From Candidatus Bathyarchaeota archaeon (GTDB taxonomy: Archaea > Thermoproteota > Bathyarchaeia > Bathyarchaeales > Bathycorpusculaceae), in assembly GCA_963733095.1 (NCBI GenBank), contig CAVTBV010000003.1:32001-96000 (forward strand): a stretch of DNA of 64,000 nt, read 5' to 3'. Shown in pieces: positions 19,360-29,360 of the stretch. The translations under genes were made by a program, and so were the position numbers. The first letter of the stretch is position 1; each line of letters begins with the position of its first letter. The notes under the pieces were generated by a model that saw only the letters and a program-made list of their open reading frames with translations, made no database searches and was not told where the DNA came from.

Positions 19360-20943
19360 ATGAAGTTAGGGAAAAAGAAACAAGAAGAGATTCAGGAAAA
19401 ACAAGAGACTCCCGATGAAGAACTGGTAGCGTACTTGGGTATTCAGGGCTATCAGGTGCCGGAAGGTTTCACGCAGATTGAAAGTTACCCTCTAAATCCC
19501 CCGTTCTCTTACGCCTGGGTTTTTCAAGACGATTCAGAAGGCAGCTTCTTCTATGTAGTCGATGACTTGCCCATGTCAAGACAAGAAAGAGAAGCCTTCA
19601 AACGCCTAAAGAACATACTTGAATACGAGTTAAAAGCTCCACGAATAGATGAAACATTGGTTGATTCTTTCCGCAGACAGCTTCCAGCAATAATCGAAGA
19701 GCACAAAGAAGCGTTCAGTGGAACCAACCAAGTTGGCTTAAGAAAAATCATCTACTACCTCGAAAAAGACTTAATCGGGTACGGAAAAATCGACGGACTC
19801 ATCAGCGACCCATATATTGAAGACATAAGTTGCCTTGGCATAAACAAAACCGTCTACATATACCATAGAAAATACGCCAGTACACGCACCAACCTTATTT
19901 TTACTGATGAAGAAGAACTCGATGACTTCATAACACGAGTGGTTCACAGGCAGGGCAAACACGTCAGCATCGCCCACCCCATTGTAGATTTAACTCTTCC
20001 GGGAAAACACCGCCTGGCCGTATCTTTTGGAAAAGAAACCACACCCGCGGGAACAAGCTTTACGATAAGAAAATTCAAAGACGACCCCCTAACAATCGTT
20101 GACTTGATAATGAACGAAACCATTGACGAGTCAATCGGCGCTTACCTTTGGATGTTAATGGAAAACAAAATGTCCGTGATGGTTGTGGGACCCACGGGCG
20201 CGGGCAAAACCACGGCTTTAAACGCTATTGCATGTTTGGTGCGTCCAGATTTTAAGATGATTTCTGTAGAGGAAGTGCAGGAAATCAATTTGCCGCAGGA
20301 GAACTGGGTCTCGACCATTGCTCGAACGGGTTTTGGAGGAGACAGCGACGGAGAAGTCACACTCTACGACTTAATCAAATCAGCCGTAAGGCACAGACCA
20401 GCGTTGATTCTTGTAGGCGAAATCAGAGGCGAAGAAGCATATGTTCTCTTTCAAGCCTTAGCTACAGGTCACGGCGGCTTATGCACCATGCACGCAGACG
20501 ACGTAGAAACAGTCATTAAACGACTAACACAACCCCCCATGAACATTCCACAAAACATCCTCTCGCTCATGAACTGTGTAATCGTGGTCAAACAAGTTAA
20601 CACTTCAAGCCTAAACCTGCAAGAACGAAAAAAATCCATGCGAAAATTCGTCAAAGTCGCAGAAATCGACAACAACGGTCAACCACGCGAAGTCTTCAGC
20701 TGGAACCTATCCACCGACACCTTCCAAAAAGACCTAGACAAAAGTTATCTGTTGTCAAAAATCGCTCAAAACCTCGATGCACCCTTGAGCGTAGTTCAAC
20801 AAGAGTTCGAACGCAGAAAACAAATCCTGCTCACCATGGTTGAAAAAAACCTGCGCGACTTCAGAAGTGTCCACAAAGCCCTAAACAGCTCCATTAACCT
20901 GTCAAATTTAGCCGCTGCAAGCGAAGCGCCAAAGGTGCAATAA
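19360..20943 (+). CDS. Type II/IV secretion (pilus assembly) ATPase, ArlI/TadA-like
   Basis: DPYIEDISC, FTIRKF, Walker A GPTGAGKTT, Walker B LVGEIRG, TGHGGLCTMHA. Confidence 0.96.
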   Translation: MKLGKKKQEEIQEKQETPDEELVAYLGIQGYQVPEGFTQIESYPLNPPFSYAWVFQDDSEGSFFYVVDDLPMSRQEREAFKRLKNILEYELKAPRIDETLVDSFRRQLPAIIEEHKEAFSGTNQVGLRKIIYYLEKDLIGYGKIDGLISDPYIEDISCLGINKTVYIYHRKYASTRTNLIFTDEEELDDFITRVVHRQGKHVSIAHPIVDLTLPGKHRLAVSFGKETTPAGTSFTIRKFKDDPLTIVDLIMNETIDESIGAYLWMLMENKMSVMVVGPTGAGKTTALNAIACLVRPDFKMISVEEVQEINLPQENWVSTIARTGFGGDSDGEVTLYDLIKSAVRHRPALILVGEIRGEEAYVLFQALATGHGGLCTMHADDVETVIKRLTQPPMNIPQNILSLMNCVIVVKQVNTSSLNLQERKKSMRKFVKVAEIDNNGQPREVFSWNLSTDTFQKDLDKSYLLSKIAQNLDAPLSVVQQEFERRKQILLTMVEKNLRDFRSVHKALNSSINLSNLAAASEAPKVQ

Positions 20944-20947
20944 CACA

Positions 20948-22459
20948 ATGAAAAAAGCTCCTGTCGGTTTCCTCGGCAAAATCTTCGGTTTCTTAAACAA
21001 AGCTACTAGCGAAGATAAAGAGAAAACTGAGCAGGAGTTGCCGTTTGCAGTCATGATTTTTACGCTTATGGCTGCAAGCGGAATTTCTCCCTATGATAGC
21101 TGGAAGAAAATGCGGAAACTCAGTTTTCTTCCGACTTTTAAGAAGGAAGCAGACGAGGTTGTGCGTCAAGTTGAGGTTCTTGGTAAAGACCCGTTGACTG
21201 TGATGTATCAGCGTGCGGAAGCAACCCAATCCAAGCTCTATCGGAATTTTCTGGGCGGATTCGTTTCCTCAGTTCGGAGTGGCGGTAAACTTGCGGATTA
21301 CATGAAAAGTCAGTTGAAATCAATCTTTGAACTACGATACATTAACTTGAACCGGTCTATCGAGAAAATTGCGACTTTGGTTGAAGCTTACTCAGTTATG
21401 CTAATCGTCGTGTTATGCACCTACATCCTCTTCGTAGTTTTCTCCTCATCAAGCGTCATGGATTTACTCTCAAGTTCCTCGGTATCTATCTCGCCAGTTA
21501 TTTCTTACTTAATAGCGTTTATCATTATGCCGGTTATGTCGGGGATTTTTATTTTGATGGCGCATAACATGCAAAGAAGCGCTTTCCCAGACCTCAACGA
21601 CCTGTACAAGAAAGCTTTAATCTTTATAATTCCAGTGTTCGCCGTCATAGGCATCTTTGGCGTAGTCGGACCGGGCTCTATCGGACCCATCGGGCTGCCA
21701 GAAATCACAACCATGGGCTTAGTTGCTGCTTCACTACCGCTTGCTTACCAGTACTACCGTATCTCAAAAATAAACTACAATGCAGAAGAATCCATCCCAA
21801 GCTTCATCCGAGACATAACAGAATCACAAAAAACGGGTCTCTCCCCAGAAAAAAGCATCGTACAAGCAACAAAACGCAAAGACTACGGGCCCTTCTCCAA
21901 ATTTTTAGAGTTAATTCGAAGCCAAATTGAATGGGGCATCCCGCTTAGGAAAACCTTTGAGAACATGCGCAGGGAAATCCGGAGCTGGTTTGTCATAGTA
22001 AACTTTGCTATGATGGTGGAAACCATCGAAATTGGCGGTAACTCTATTCAATCCTTAGAAATTTTATCTGAATACAGCGAAAAAGAACGCGAAATGCAGG
22101 TTAACCGCAGGGCGCTTTTGAAGCCATACATTCTTTTGGCTTTCATGTGGAGTGCATTAATCGCTGTTACCACAACCATCGTGGCTTTGACTACAACTAT
22201 GATGACGGGTGTTGTCAGTTCTGATTTGGCGGCGGTTGCGACGATGGCTATGCAAAGTCAGCTTCAAGTGTTCTCAGTTGGCATAATCATTCAATGTTGG
22301 ATTTCGGGGTTCTTCATCGGAAAAATCAGTGAAGGCAACTTCGGCGCCGGATTCAAACACTCCGCACTGCTAGCCGCAACCGCTTACTTATCGCTGGTTA
22401 TCTCTCAAGTCTTGCTCTCAGGGCTCTTCACTATTGGAGGATTACAACCGCCGACTTAA
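20948..22459 (+). CDS. Pilus membrane platform protein (two T2SS-F domains, ArlJ/TadC-like)
   Basis: Two cytoplasmic helical domains each followed by TM segments; GKISEGNFGAGFKH. Confidence 0.92.
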   Translation: MKKAPVGFLGKIFGFLNKATSEDKEKTEQELPFAVMIFTLMAASGISPYDSWKKMRKLSFLPTFKKEADEVVRQVEVLGKDPLTVMYQRAEATQSKLYRNFLGGFVSSVRSGGKLADYMKSQLKSIFELRYINLNRSIEKIATLVEAYSVMLIVVLCTYILFVVFSSSSVMDLLSSSSVSISPVISYLIAFIIMPVMSGIFILMAHNMQRSAFPDLNDLYKKALIFIIPVFAVIGIFGVVGPGSIGPIGLPEITTMGLVAASLPLAYQYYRISKINYNAEESIPSFIRDITESQKTGLSPEKSIVQATKRKDYGPFSKFLELIRSQIEWGIPLRKTFENMRREIRSWFVIVNFAMMVETIEIGGNSIQSLEILSEYSEKEREMQVNRRALLKPYILLAFMWSALIAVTTTIVALTTTMMTGVVSSDLAAVATMAMQSQLQVFSVGIIIQCWISGFFIGKISEGNFGAGFKHSALLAATAYLSLVISQVLLSGLFTIGGLQPPT

Positions 22460-22472
22460 GGAGAAACAAAGC

Positions 22473-23516
22473 TTGCCTACGAGTTCGTTTGACACTTTCT
22501 TTGCTTGCACAATCCTTGTAGCTGCTGCCCTGATAGGCACAGCTTTTTTAGCTTCAACAATTCAAACCAGAATAGCAAGCACAGAAGACCTCAACAAAGA
22601 CAGCTACCTAAAAGCCATCGCTGACCACATCATAACAAGCACGGGGTCGCCCGCGGACTGGGGCGCAAACAGCGCGTTGCCCGTTGACTTCGGTTTAGCT
22701 GAAGCCTCCCAAACCGCCCCATATGAGTTGGATATAGATAAAATCAGCAGGCTAAACAACCTTAACATTCACTCGTTATCTTACGCCGACATGGAGAACA
22801 CAGCGAAACTGAGCAATATAGCCTTGGGCATAGCTGTCTCCCAAATTATGACCCTAAACGTTTCTCAATATAGTAACTCAACAGTTGGCGGCGACACTTC
22901 GTTTACCTTCACAGTTTCAGCAAGTATCGATTCAAAACCTGCCGCTGCAACCTTGCACTGCTACGTTGCCGCAAACAACTACCTTAATGAAATCAACAGC
23001 GCCATCCCCGACAGTAGCGTAGGACAAGTTACCGTTCAAATTCCCGATTCAGCAGCAGACAACGCAGTGCTAATCGTTTTTGCCAGAGCATCCATAGACG
23101 ACCGCATCACATCATTTGCAATCTACAACTTTGCTAAATCTACCCAGGAATCAACCCCAAGTAGCACCGAATTAGATTTAAGCTCACAAAATTACACCTT
23201 AAGCCTCAACAACACCTTGCCCAGCATCACGGTTCAAGAGGTTTATCTTTTCTCTTACACCTATCAGCAAACCCTATCCCCCATTGAAGATTCTCAAGTA
23301 TCGATTCCCAAGTTACTTGACAAAAGCCCTATGGTTCTGGTTGCCTGCAGTCTCAACGGCACCGAGTATTTCCAAGAATGGACCGCTTATCCTCAGGTCC
23401 CACTTAAAGCAGGTTCAAGCTTTGAGGGTTCAGAACAGAACATTTTCAGTTACATCGTAACGATTGACGGTGTCCTCTACAAGCTCGATTTAAGCTTAGG
23501 AGACCTGCCCAAATGA
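22473..23516 (+). CDS. Pilin-like/adhesin protein of the pilus operon
   Basis: AAGGAG + TTG 22473; N-terminal hydrophobic helix; GSPADW…FGLA motif. Confidence 0.72.
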   Translation: MPTSSFDTFFACTILVAAALIGTAFLASTIQTRIASTEDLNKDSYLKAIADHIITSTGSPADWGANSALPVDFGLAEASQTAPYELDIDKISRLNNLNIHSLSYADMENTAKLSNIALGIAVSQIMTLNVSQYSNSTVGGDTSFTFTVSASIDSKPAAATLHCYVAANNYLNEINSAIPDSSVGQVTVQIPDSAADNAVLIVFARASIDDRITSFAIYNFAKSTQESTPSSTELDLSSQNYTLSLNNTLPSITVQEVYLFSYTYQQTLSPIEDSQVSIPKLLDKSPMVLVACSLNGTEYFQEWTAYPQVPLKAGSSFEGSEQNIFSYIVTIDGVLYKLDLSLGDLPK

Positions 23517-23935
23517 GGCTGCTAAGCAACAAGAAAGGACAAGTGCGCGTTATAGAAGCGTTCTTTGCTTCCGTGCTCCTCCTGTCCTGTTTGACGCTTA
23601 TCCCAGCTCCCGCTTCCCAAAAAAACTCATCAGGCAATCTTGATTGGAAATCCGAAAACATACTGTCGACCCTAAATAATGATGGGCAATTTGCGAGTCT
23701 AGTTGATAATCACGATTGGGCAGCGCTCGGAAAATGCATAGAATCCTCGTTACCGCTCACCACCTGGTTTAACCTAACAGTCTACGACAAAGACATGAAC
23801 ATCCTAAACAATTTCCCCATATCTAATGGCGGTGCAGTCAGCAACAAAATCGTTTCATATGACTATGTCTGTGTGAGCCAGAACAGTACGTTTGCAATTT
23901 ATGTTTTGCAGTTGCAGTTGTCGGTGATGGATTAA
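23513..23935 (+). CDS. Minor pilin with class III signal peptide
   Basis: KKG|QVRVIEAFFASVLLL. Confidence 0.8.
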   Translation: MRLLSNKKGQVRVIEAFFASVLLLSCLTLIPAPASQKNSSGNLDWKSENILSTLNNDGQFASLVDNHDWAALGKCIESSLPLTTWFNLTVYDKDMNILNNFPISNGGAVSNKIVSYDYVCVSQNSTFAIYVLQLQLSVMD

Positions 23936-23937
23936 GC

Positions 23938-24699
23938 ATGGGAAAACGCAGTTTTCGGCAGGACAAGTCTGGACAGGTGCTCATTGTGTCTGCTTTGTTG
24001 GTGGCTTTGATTTTGTTGTCTACTGCCCTCTACGTTATAGAGGTTGGGAAAGAAGTGCCCACAGTAGATACCCGCCAAACAGACGTTTTCTCAGCATACC
24101 AACAGTCAGCCCGAAGCACTCTGATAAGTGCGTTAGCAAACGCCACAGACGGCGGCAACCCAAACATACTAGAAACTGACCTCGCCGAATTAAAAACCGT
24201 AATTCTTTCCAATTCCTACCAAGCCCTACTCACCATAGATTACAACACACTAAATTCAAGCGGCTACCAAGATGGGCTCTATATTTCCCGGGGTGCCAAC
24301 GGGCAGGGAGTTTCAAGCGCCTATGCGTCTTTTGCTTTTGCGTCATCGAGCCCTTCGGCCACCTCTAACATGGAATACACAGTAAACGTTACATCAGCTG
24401 TTAATTTTAGCGGAAACTGCCATCAACTCAACGAAACTACAAAGCGAGTCAATTTGACAGTTAGCATATTAAATGAGGGCAAACCGGCATTAGCCCAAAA
24501 CTTTGCCGTTTCTTATCTTAATGCAACAGACTGGGTAGATGTGGATTCACCTGACATCTATAGTTTTGGCAACGGCACATACTCGGTATCGTTTAATGCT
24601 CAAACACCTCAACTAAGTGACCCACTGGTTGTTTCTTTGGTTTGTCAAGATGAGAGAGGTATATTTGTGGGAGCAAACCTAACATGTACCACCAGGTAA
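23938..24699 (+). CDS. Minor pilin with class III signal peptide
   Basis: DKSG|QVLIVSALLVALILLS. Confidence 0.8.
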   Translation: MGKRSFRQDKSGQVLIVSALLVALILLSTALYVIEVGKEVPTVDTRQTDVFSAYQQSARSTLISALANATDGGNPNILETDLAELKTVILSNSYQALLTIDYNTLNSSGYQDGLYISRGANGQGVSSAYASFAFASSSPSATSNMEYTVNVTSAVNFSGNCHQLNETTKRVNLTVSILNEGKPALAQNFAVSYLNATDWVDVDSPDIYSFGNGTYSVSFNAQTPQLSDPLVVSLVCQDERGIFVGANLTCTTR

Positions 24700-24753
24700 C
24701 AGTCAATATAGCGCTAAACAAGGAGGAAACCTCCAATAAGCCCAGCTAAAGCC

Positions 24754-26094
24754 TTGAAAGTAACGTTTGTAGCTCTAACAGTTTTGATTGTGTTAACCGT
24801 AAGCCTAAGTGCTATACAAACCGCTTTTCCTCTGAAAGTTGACGGCGCCCCTTCAATTAACGTCTTACCTGCAAAAGTTGCCTGGGCAAAAACCTACGGC
24901 GGCGAAGCTGATGATCGCGCATTTTCTTCTGCGCCATCAGGCAGAGGCTTTTTAGTAGTTGGTTCATCTAGTTCGATCGTAGCAAACACAACTGTTGGTT
25001 GGGCACTAAACCTTGACTTAGAAGGCAATGTTGTTTGGAATAAAACATTCCTCGAAGGCTTCGGTACAGAGCTCCGGTGCGCTGTCAATTTAACGGATGG
25101 TTTCTTGCTTGTCGGCAACGAATTCTTGGCTTCAGGAGATGTTAACGGTTACGTTGCGAAGGCGGATAGCCAAGGAAATTTGCTTTGGAAAACCATTTTG
25201 ACTGGGGGAAGCACCAATAAGCTCTTCTCGGGAATTGCTACCTCTGATGGATTCGTGGTATTTGGGTTAATACCCTCCAACAGCAATGGAACATCTGCTG
25301 CTTGGGTAGTAAAACTTGATTTAAGCGGTAACATAATTTGGAACAAAACCTTCAGTGTATCAGTGGATAGTGCCTTAAGAGCAGGCGTTTTAGCCCAAGA
25401 TGGTGATTATGTAATTGCAGGTTACGCCGCAACTCAGGGCGATAGCAACTATGCTTTTTACCTTCTCAAAGTTGACCCAAACGGAAACTTGGTTTGGAAT
25501 AAAACTTATGGAGGGACAGAAAGTGAAAAAGCTTATTCAATTGCAAAGGCACCTGACGGCTACGTGTTAGTAGGCGACGTTGAATCACCTACTTCCTCAA
25601 CCGACGCTTGGGTGCTAAAGGTTGATACAAATGGCAACGCGTTGTGGAATCGAACTGTGGGAGGAAAAGATGCTGATTCACCAGCATACATTACTCCATC
25701 AACGGATGGCGGCTACCTAGTAGCTGGCTTCACATTTTCATTCGGCGAAGGACAGAGGGATTTTTGGCTCTTCAAAATAACTGATGAAGGGCAAGTTCTC
25801 TTCAGTTGCACCCAAGGCACAGAGGCGTTTCAGGAAGCCTACAGCGTTACAGAAACAGGTAATAACCAGTTTTTGATGGTTGGCTGGACTGATCCGCTTG
25901 GACACCCAGACTTAATCGGCAAAAAACTGTATGATTTTTATGTGGTAGAACTTGGTGTTAGCCAAAACAGCGGCACGTTCTCAAGTTTCAAGATATTCAT
26001 TTACGCAGCAACTGTCATCGCAGCTTTAATGACAACTTTGCTTTTGGTGCTCAAACTGCGGGCAAAAGGAAAAAGATATTTAAAATTATTATAA
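24754..26094 (+). CDS. Membrane-anchored beta-propeller surface protein
   Basis: Repeats LLKVDxNGNLVWNKTYGG; signal peptide; C-terminal TM + basic tail. Confidence 0.88.
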   Translation: MKVTFVALTVLIVLTVSLSAIQTAFPLKVDGAPSINVLPAKVAWAKTYGGEADDRAFSSAPSGRGFLVVGSSSSIVANTTVGWALNLDLEGNVVWNKTFLEGFGTELRCAVNLTDGFLLVGNEFLASGDVNGYVAKADSQGNLLWKTILTGGSTNKLFSGIATSDGFVVFGLIPSNSNGTSAAWVVKLDLSGNIIWNKTFSVSVDSALRAGVLAQDGDYVIAGYAATQGDSNYAFYLLKVDPNGNLVWNKTYGGTESEKAYSIAKAPDGYVLVGDVESPTSSTDAWVLKVDTNGNALWNRTVGGKDADSPAYITPSTDGGYLVAGFTFSFGEGQRDFWLFKITDEGQVLFSCTQGTEAFQEAYSVTETGNNQFLMVGWTDPLGHPDLIGKKLYDFYVVELGVSQNSGTFSSFKIFIYAATVIAALMTTLLLVLKLRAKGKRYLKLL

Positions 26095-26108
26095 AAGAAA
26101 GTTTGCAA

Positions 26109-26993
26109 TTATTCTTGTGCCAGCTTAGAGAAAAGCACCTGTAACGTGTTAACTAAGGCACTGTAGTTAGTCCAGATGGCAGCGGTTCTATATTTCTTTT
26201 TGACATCATCTTCACTTACGTTTTCTTTTTCGTGGAAGGTAATCATAACTTCCTTATCGTCACAGATCATGAAGCAGGGCAAGTTTTGTTCGTCAACAAT
26301 TTTGCGTGATCCACTTAGCCATTGCATTTGCCCAAGGAAGTAAGCGCTTTTTAGGGAGTCATCAGTTACCAATGTGACCTCAACTTTGTCAGCTTGGCTT
26401 TTTAGGTTGTCTGAGAAATCATTGTAGTAGAATTCTGAGAGGTAATTGGCTGAGGCGAAGATTTGGAATTTCTTTTCGGTTTTTTCGAGTAACTCGTTGG
26501 CTTTGATTAGGACTTGTTGTTCGCCTTCGAGCATTTGGAAGAGTTCTTTTTTGGTGGTTTCTGTTTTTGGCTGGGGCATGGATCGCCAGAGTTCTACGAG
26601 GCTTGTTTTTTCTTGTTCTAAGAGTTTAATTTTGATTTTTTCTGCGTCCACGAGTAAATCTATGGCTTTGTCCAGTGGGACAGCGGTGAATTTTAGTGGT
26701 TTTTCGAAAATTGAGAAAACAATTCCTTTTCTTTCTAAGTCGCGTAGGATTCGATAGGTTTCGGTGCGGTGCAAGGCGATGGATTCTGCTATTTCTCCTG
26801 CTTTATTTTCGCCTGCTCGTGCAAGGTACATGTAGACTCTGATTTCGTTTTTGAGTAATCCGAACCGGGTGAGTGTTTCTTCGATGGTTGTTAGTTGTTT
26901 GTTGTAGGTTTGGTCTTTTTTAACTAGTTTCCATGCGTCGGTTTGTTTGTTGTATACTTTCATTAGAGCGTCGTTTTCCATTGCGAGTGCCAT
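26109..26993 (-). CDS. TrmB-family transcriptional regulator
   Basis: FGLLKNEIRVY…HRTETYRILRDLERKG HTH; PLD-like C-domain (FMICDDKEV, AAIWTN). Confidence 0.9.
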   Translation of the reverse strand: MALAMENDALMKVYNKQTDAWKLVKKDQTYNKQLTTIEETLTRFGLLKNEIRVYMYLARAGENKAGEIAESIALHRTETYRILRDLERKGIVFSIFEKPLKFTAVPLDKAIDLLVDAEKIKIKLLEQEKTSLVELWRSMPQPKTETTKKELFQMLEGEQQVLIKANELLEKTEKKFQIFASANYLSEFYYNDFSDNLKSQADKVEVTLVTDDSLKSAYFLGQMQWLSGSRKIVDEQNLPCFMICDDKEVMITFHEKENVSEDDVKKKYRTAAIWTNYSALVNTLQVLFSKLAQE

Positions 26994-27322
26994 TTTTGAA
27001 TTTCAACCTTTCCGTATTTTGGGTATTGCTAACCAATTCAGACGTTTTATATATAATATCATTACGACTTGAGAATCTGAATTCAGAATTCATATTTGTA
27101 AGAAAGTTTCTTTTGAATCAAAACTGCGTGTTTTTTTCATAAATTGCAACATATTATTATTAAGGAAGGGATTCATATTTGGAGCCTATTAGGATCCTAA
27201 TAGTTAATCATTGCAGAAACAATAGAGGGGTAGGCAAAAATGCTATTTGGAGCTATTAACAGTTGAAAAACTCTAATAAAGTGGCACAACAACAGATGTT
27301 CCAAGCAAAAGAGTTGGTAAAC

Positions 27323-27559
27323 ATGAAGATTGGTGTATGCGGAATCGCCTGTGAGAAATGCCCCCGAATGCAAAGCGGCACATGCCCCAACGGAACAGCC
27401 GGCTGCGTGGCAAGAGAAAACAAGTTCTGCAAAATCTGCAACTGCGCCTACACCAAAGGCATCAAACTCTGCTTTGAATGCAAAGAATTCCCATGCGAAA
27501 CCACCAAGGAAGGACCAGTCAGCTACGGTTACTGCCAATACATTTCAGGCAAACCTTAA
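27323..27559 (+). CDS. Small Cys-rich metal-binding protein (DUF3795-like)
   Basis: CGIACEKC…C…C…CKICNC…CFECKEFPC; start moved to ATG 27323. Confidence 0.8.
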   Translation: MKIGVCGIACEKCPRMQSGTCPNGTAGCVARENKFCKICNCAYTKGIKLCFECKEFPCETTKEGPVSYGYCQYISGKP

Positions 27560-27603
27560 ACGTTAGTTTTAAGTTCACGGCGGCAAATCTATCAATGATT
27601 CCT

Positions 27604-28530
27604 ATGGGTTTCCCTGAGGTTGTCATCGAAGCAAAGGGCTTAACTAAGAAATTCGATGATTTCACCGCCGTTGACCACATCGACTTCAGAGTCTACAAGG
27701 GCGAATGCGTCGGTTTTCTGGGACCCAACGGCGCAGGAAAAACCACTACAGTTCGCATGATGTACTGCTTTTCGCCCCCAACAGATGGAGAGTTGAACGT
27801 TGGCGGCTTTAGTGTGCACACTAAATGCAGAGAAATCAAGGGCATAGTTGGTGTGGCTCCGCAAGAGGACAACTTGGACCCTGATTTTAGCGTAATCAAG
27901 AACCTAACCGTCTACGCTCGATACTTTGATATCCCTAAAGAAGAAGCAGTCAAGCGAGCGGACGAGCAGTTGAAGTTTTTCCAGTTGGAAGAGAAAAGAG
28001 AAGTGCCTATTATGGCGTTGTCAACGGGCATGAAGCGGCGGCTGATTTTTGCTCGAGCGCTTCTAAACCAGCCTCAAATTCTGCTCTTAGACGAGCCCAC
28101 GACTGGGTTGGATCCGCAGGCAAGGCATCTTGTTTGGGATGAGGTGCGGCATCTCAAAAAGAAGCAAGTCACTATCATTTTAACAACTCACTACATGGAT
28201 GAAGCTGAGGTCCTCTGTGACAGAATTCTGATTGTTGACCGCGGAAAAATCATCGAGGAAGGCACACCTGTTGAGCTTGTTAGAAAGCACATTGGCGAAG
28301 ACGTGTTGGAACTCGACTACGACGAAAAATTGTTGGCAACATTAAAAGAGTCCTTTCCAGACGCACGCTTCGAAAGACTCGGCGACCGCATGCAAATCTT
28401 CACCGATAAACCTCACGGCGTCTTCGAAGAATTTCTCAAAGAACACCAACTGCAAAACGTTACCATCCGCAAGGCCAACATCGAAGACGTTTTCCTAAAA
28501 TTAACCGGGCGAGGGTTGAGAGAGGAATGA
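27604..28530 (+). CDS. ABC-2 exporter ATP-binding subunit (NodI-like)
   Basis: GPNGAGKTT, LSTGMKRR, LLLDEPTTGLD, TTHYM. Confidence 0.95.
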   Translation: MGFPEVVIEAKGLTKKFDDFTAVDHIDFRVYKGECVGFLGPNGAGKTTTVRMMYCFSPPTDGELNVGGFSVHTKCREIKGIVGVAPQEDNLDPDFSVIKNLTVYARYFDIPKEEAVKRADEQLKFFQLEEKREVPIMALSTGMKRRLIFARALLNQPQILLLDEPTTGLDPQARHLVWDEVRHLKKKQVTIILTTHYMDEAEVLCDRILIVDRGKIIEEGTPVELVRKHIGEDVLELDYDEKLLATLKESFPDARFERLGDRMQIFTDKPHGVFEEFLKEHQLQNVTIRKANIEDVFLKLTGRGLREE

Positions 28531-29360
28531 GCGAAGTTAACCTGCGTAAGTCGCCCGCACGCTTCACCATCCCCAAACTGACGTATAGAGTTTGGATGGT
28601 TTGGCGCCGCAACTTTGATGTTTTCACAAAAACTATAAAAGTTAACTTTTTGCCCTCACTTCTTGAACCCATCCTCTACCTGTTAGCTTTTGGGTTCGGA
28701 TTAGGCGGTTTCATTCCCAGTATCGAAGGCCAATCATACATCGCTTTCATTGCGCCTGCGTTGGTGGCGATTTCAGTTATGAATGGGTCCTTCTTTGAAT
28801 GTACCTTTGGCTCGTTTGTGCGTATGTATTTCCAAAAAACATTCGACGCAATCGTGGCAACTCCAGTCAGTGTGGAAGAGGTTGTAGCAGGTGAACTTCT
28901 CTGGGGAGCAACACGGGCAACAATCAACACGACCATTGTGTTAGCGGTAGTTGCGGCTTTCGGATTAATTTCAAGCCCCCTGTTCCTGCTGGTTATTCCG
29001 TTTGCGTTCTTTGGCGGCTTAATGTTTGCTTCTATGGCAATGTGTTTCACTTCGGTGGCGCCAAACATTGACTTCTTCAATTTTCCCTCGTTCCTGTTCC
29101 TGACGCCGATGTTCTTTTTATGCGGGACCTTCTTCCCGTTAACGTCATTGCCCCTTGTAGCTCAAGGAATTGCCACAGCAGTCTTACCTTTAACGCATGT
29201 TGTGAACATTACAAGGGGTCTTGTTACGGGTCATGTAGAAGCAACTCTTGGATTGACTCCTGCCGCGTTGATTTCTGTTAGTTTAGTTTGGATAATCGTT
29301 GTGACGCTCTTCTTTTTTGTAGTCGCCATTAACCTGATGAAAAAACGCCTAACCAGCTAA
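28527..29360 (+). CDS. ABC-2 exporter permease (NodJ-like)
   Basis: Six TM helices, LLEPILYL, LPLTH; ATGA overlap with the ATPase gene. Confidence 0.92.
   Translation: MSEVNLRKSPARFTIPKLTYRVWMVWRRNFDVFTKTIKVNFLPSLLEPILYLLAFGFGLGGFIPSIEGQSYIAFIAPALVAISVMNGSFFECTFGSFVRMYFQKTFDAIVATPVSVEEVVAGELLWGATRATINTTIVLAVVAAFGLISSPLFLLVIPFAFFGGLMFASMAMCFTSVAPNIDFFNFPSFLFLTPMFFLCGTFFPLTSLPLVAQGIATAVLPLTHVVNITRGLVTGHVEATLGLTPAALISVSLVWIIVVTLFFFVVAINLMKKRLTS

Noticed and set aside
16609-22459. Archaellum operon
   Set aside because: No arlF, arlG, arlH or chemotaxis genes; multiple minor pilins fit a pilus better
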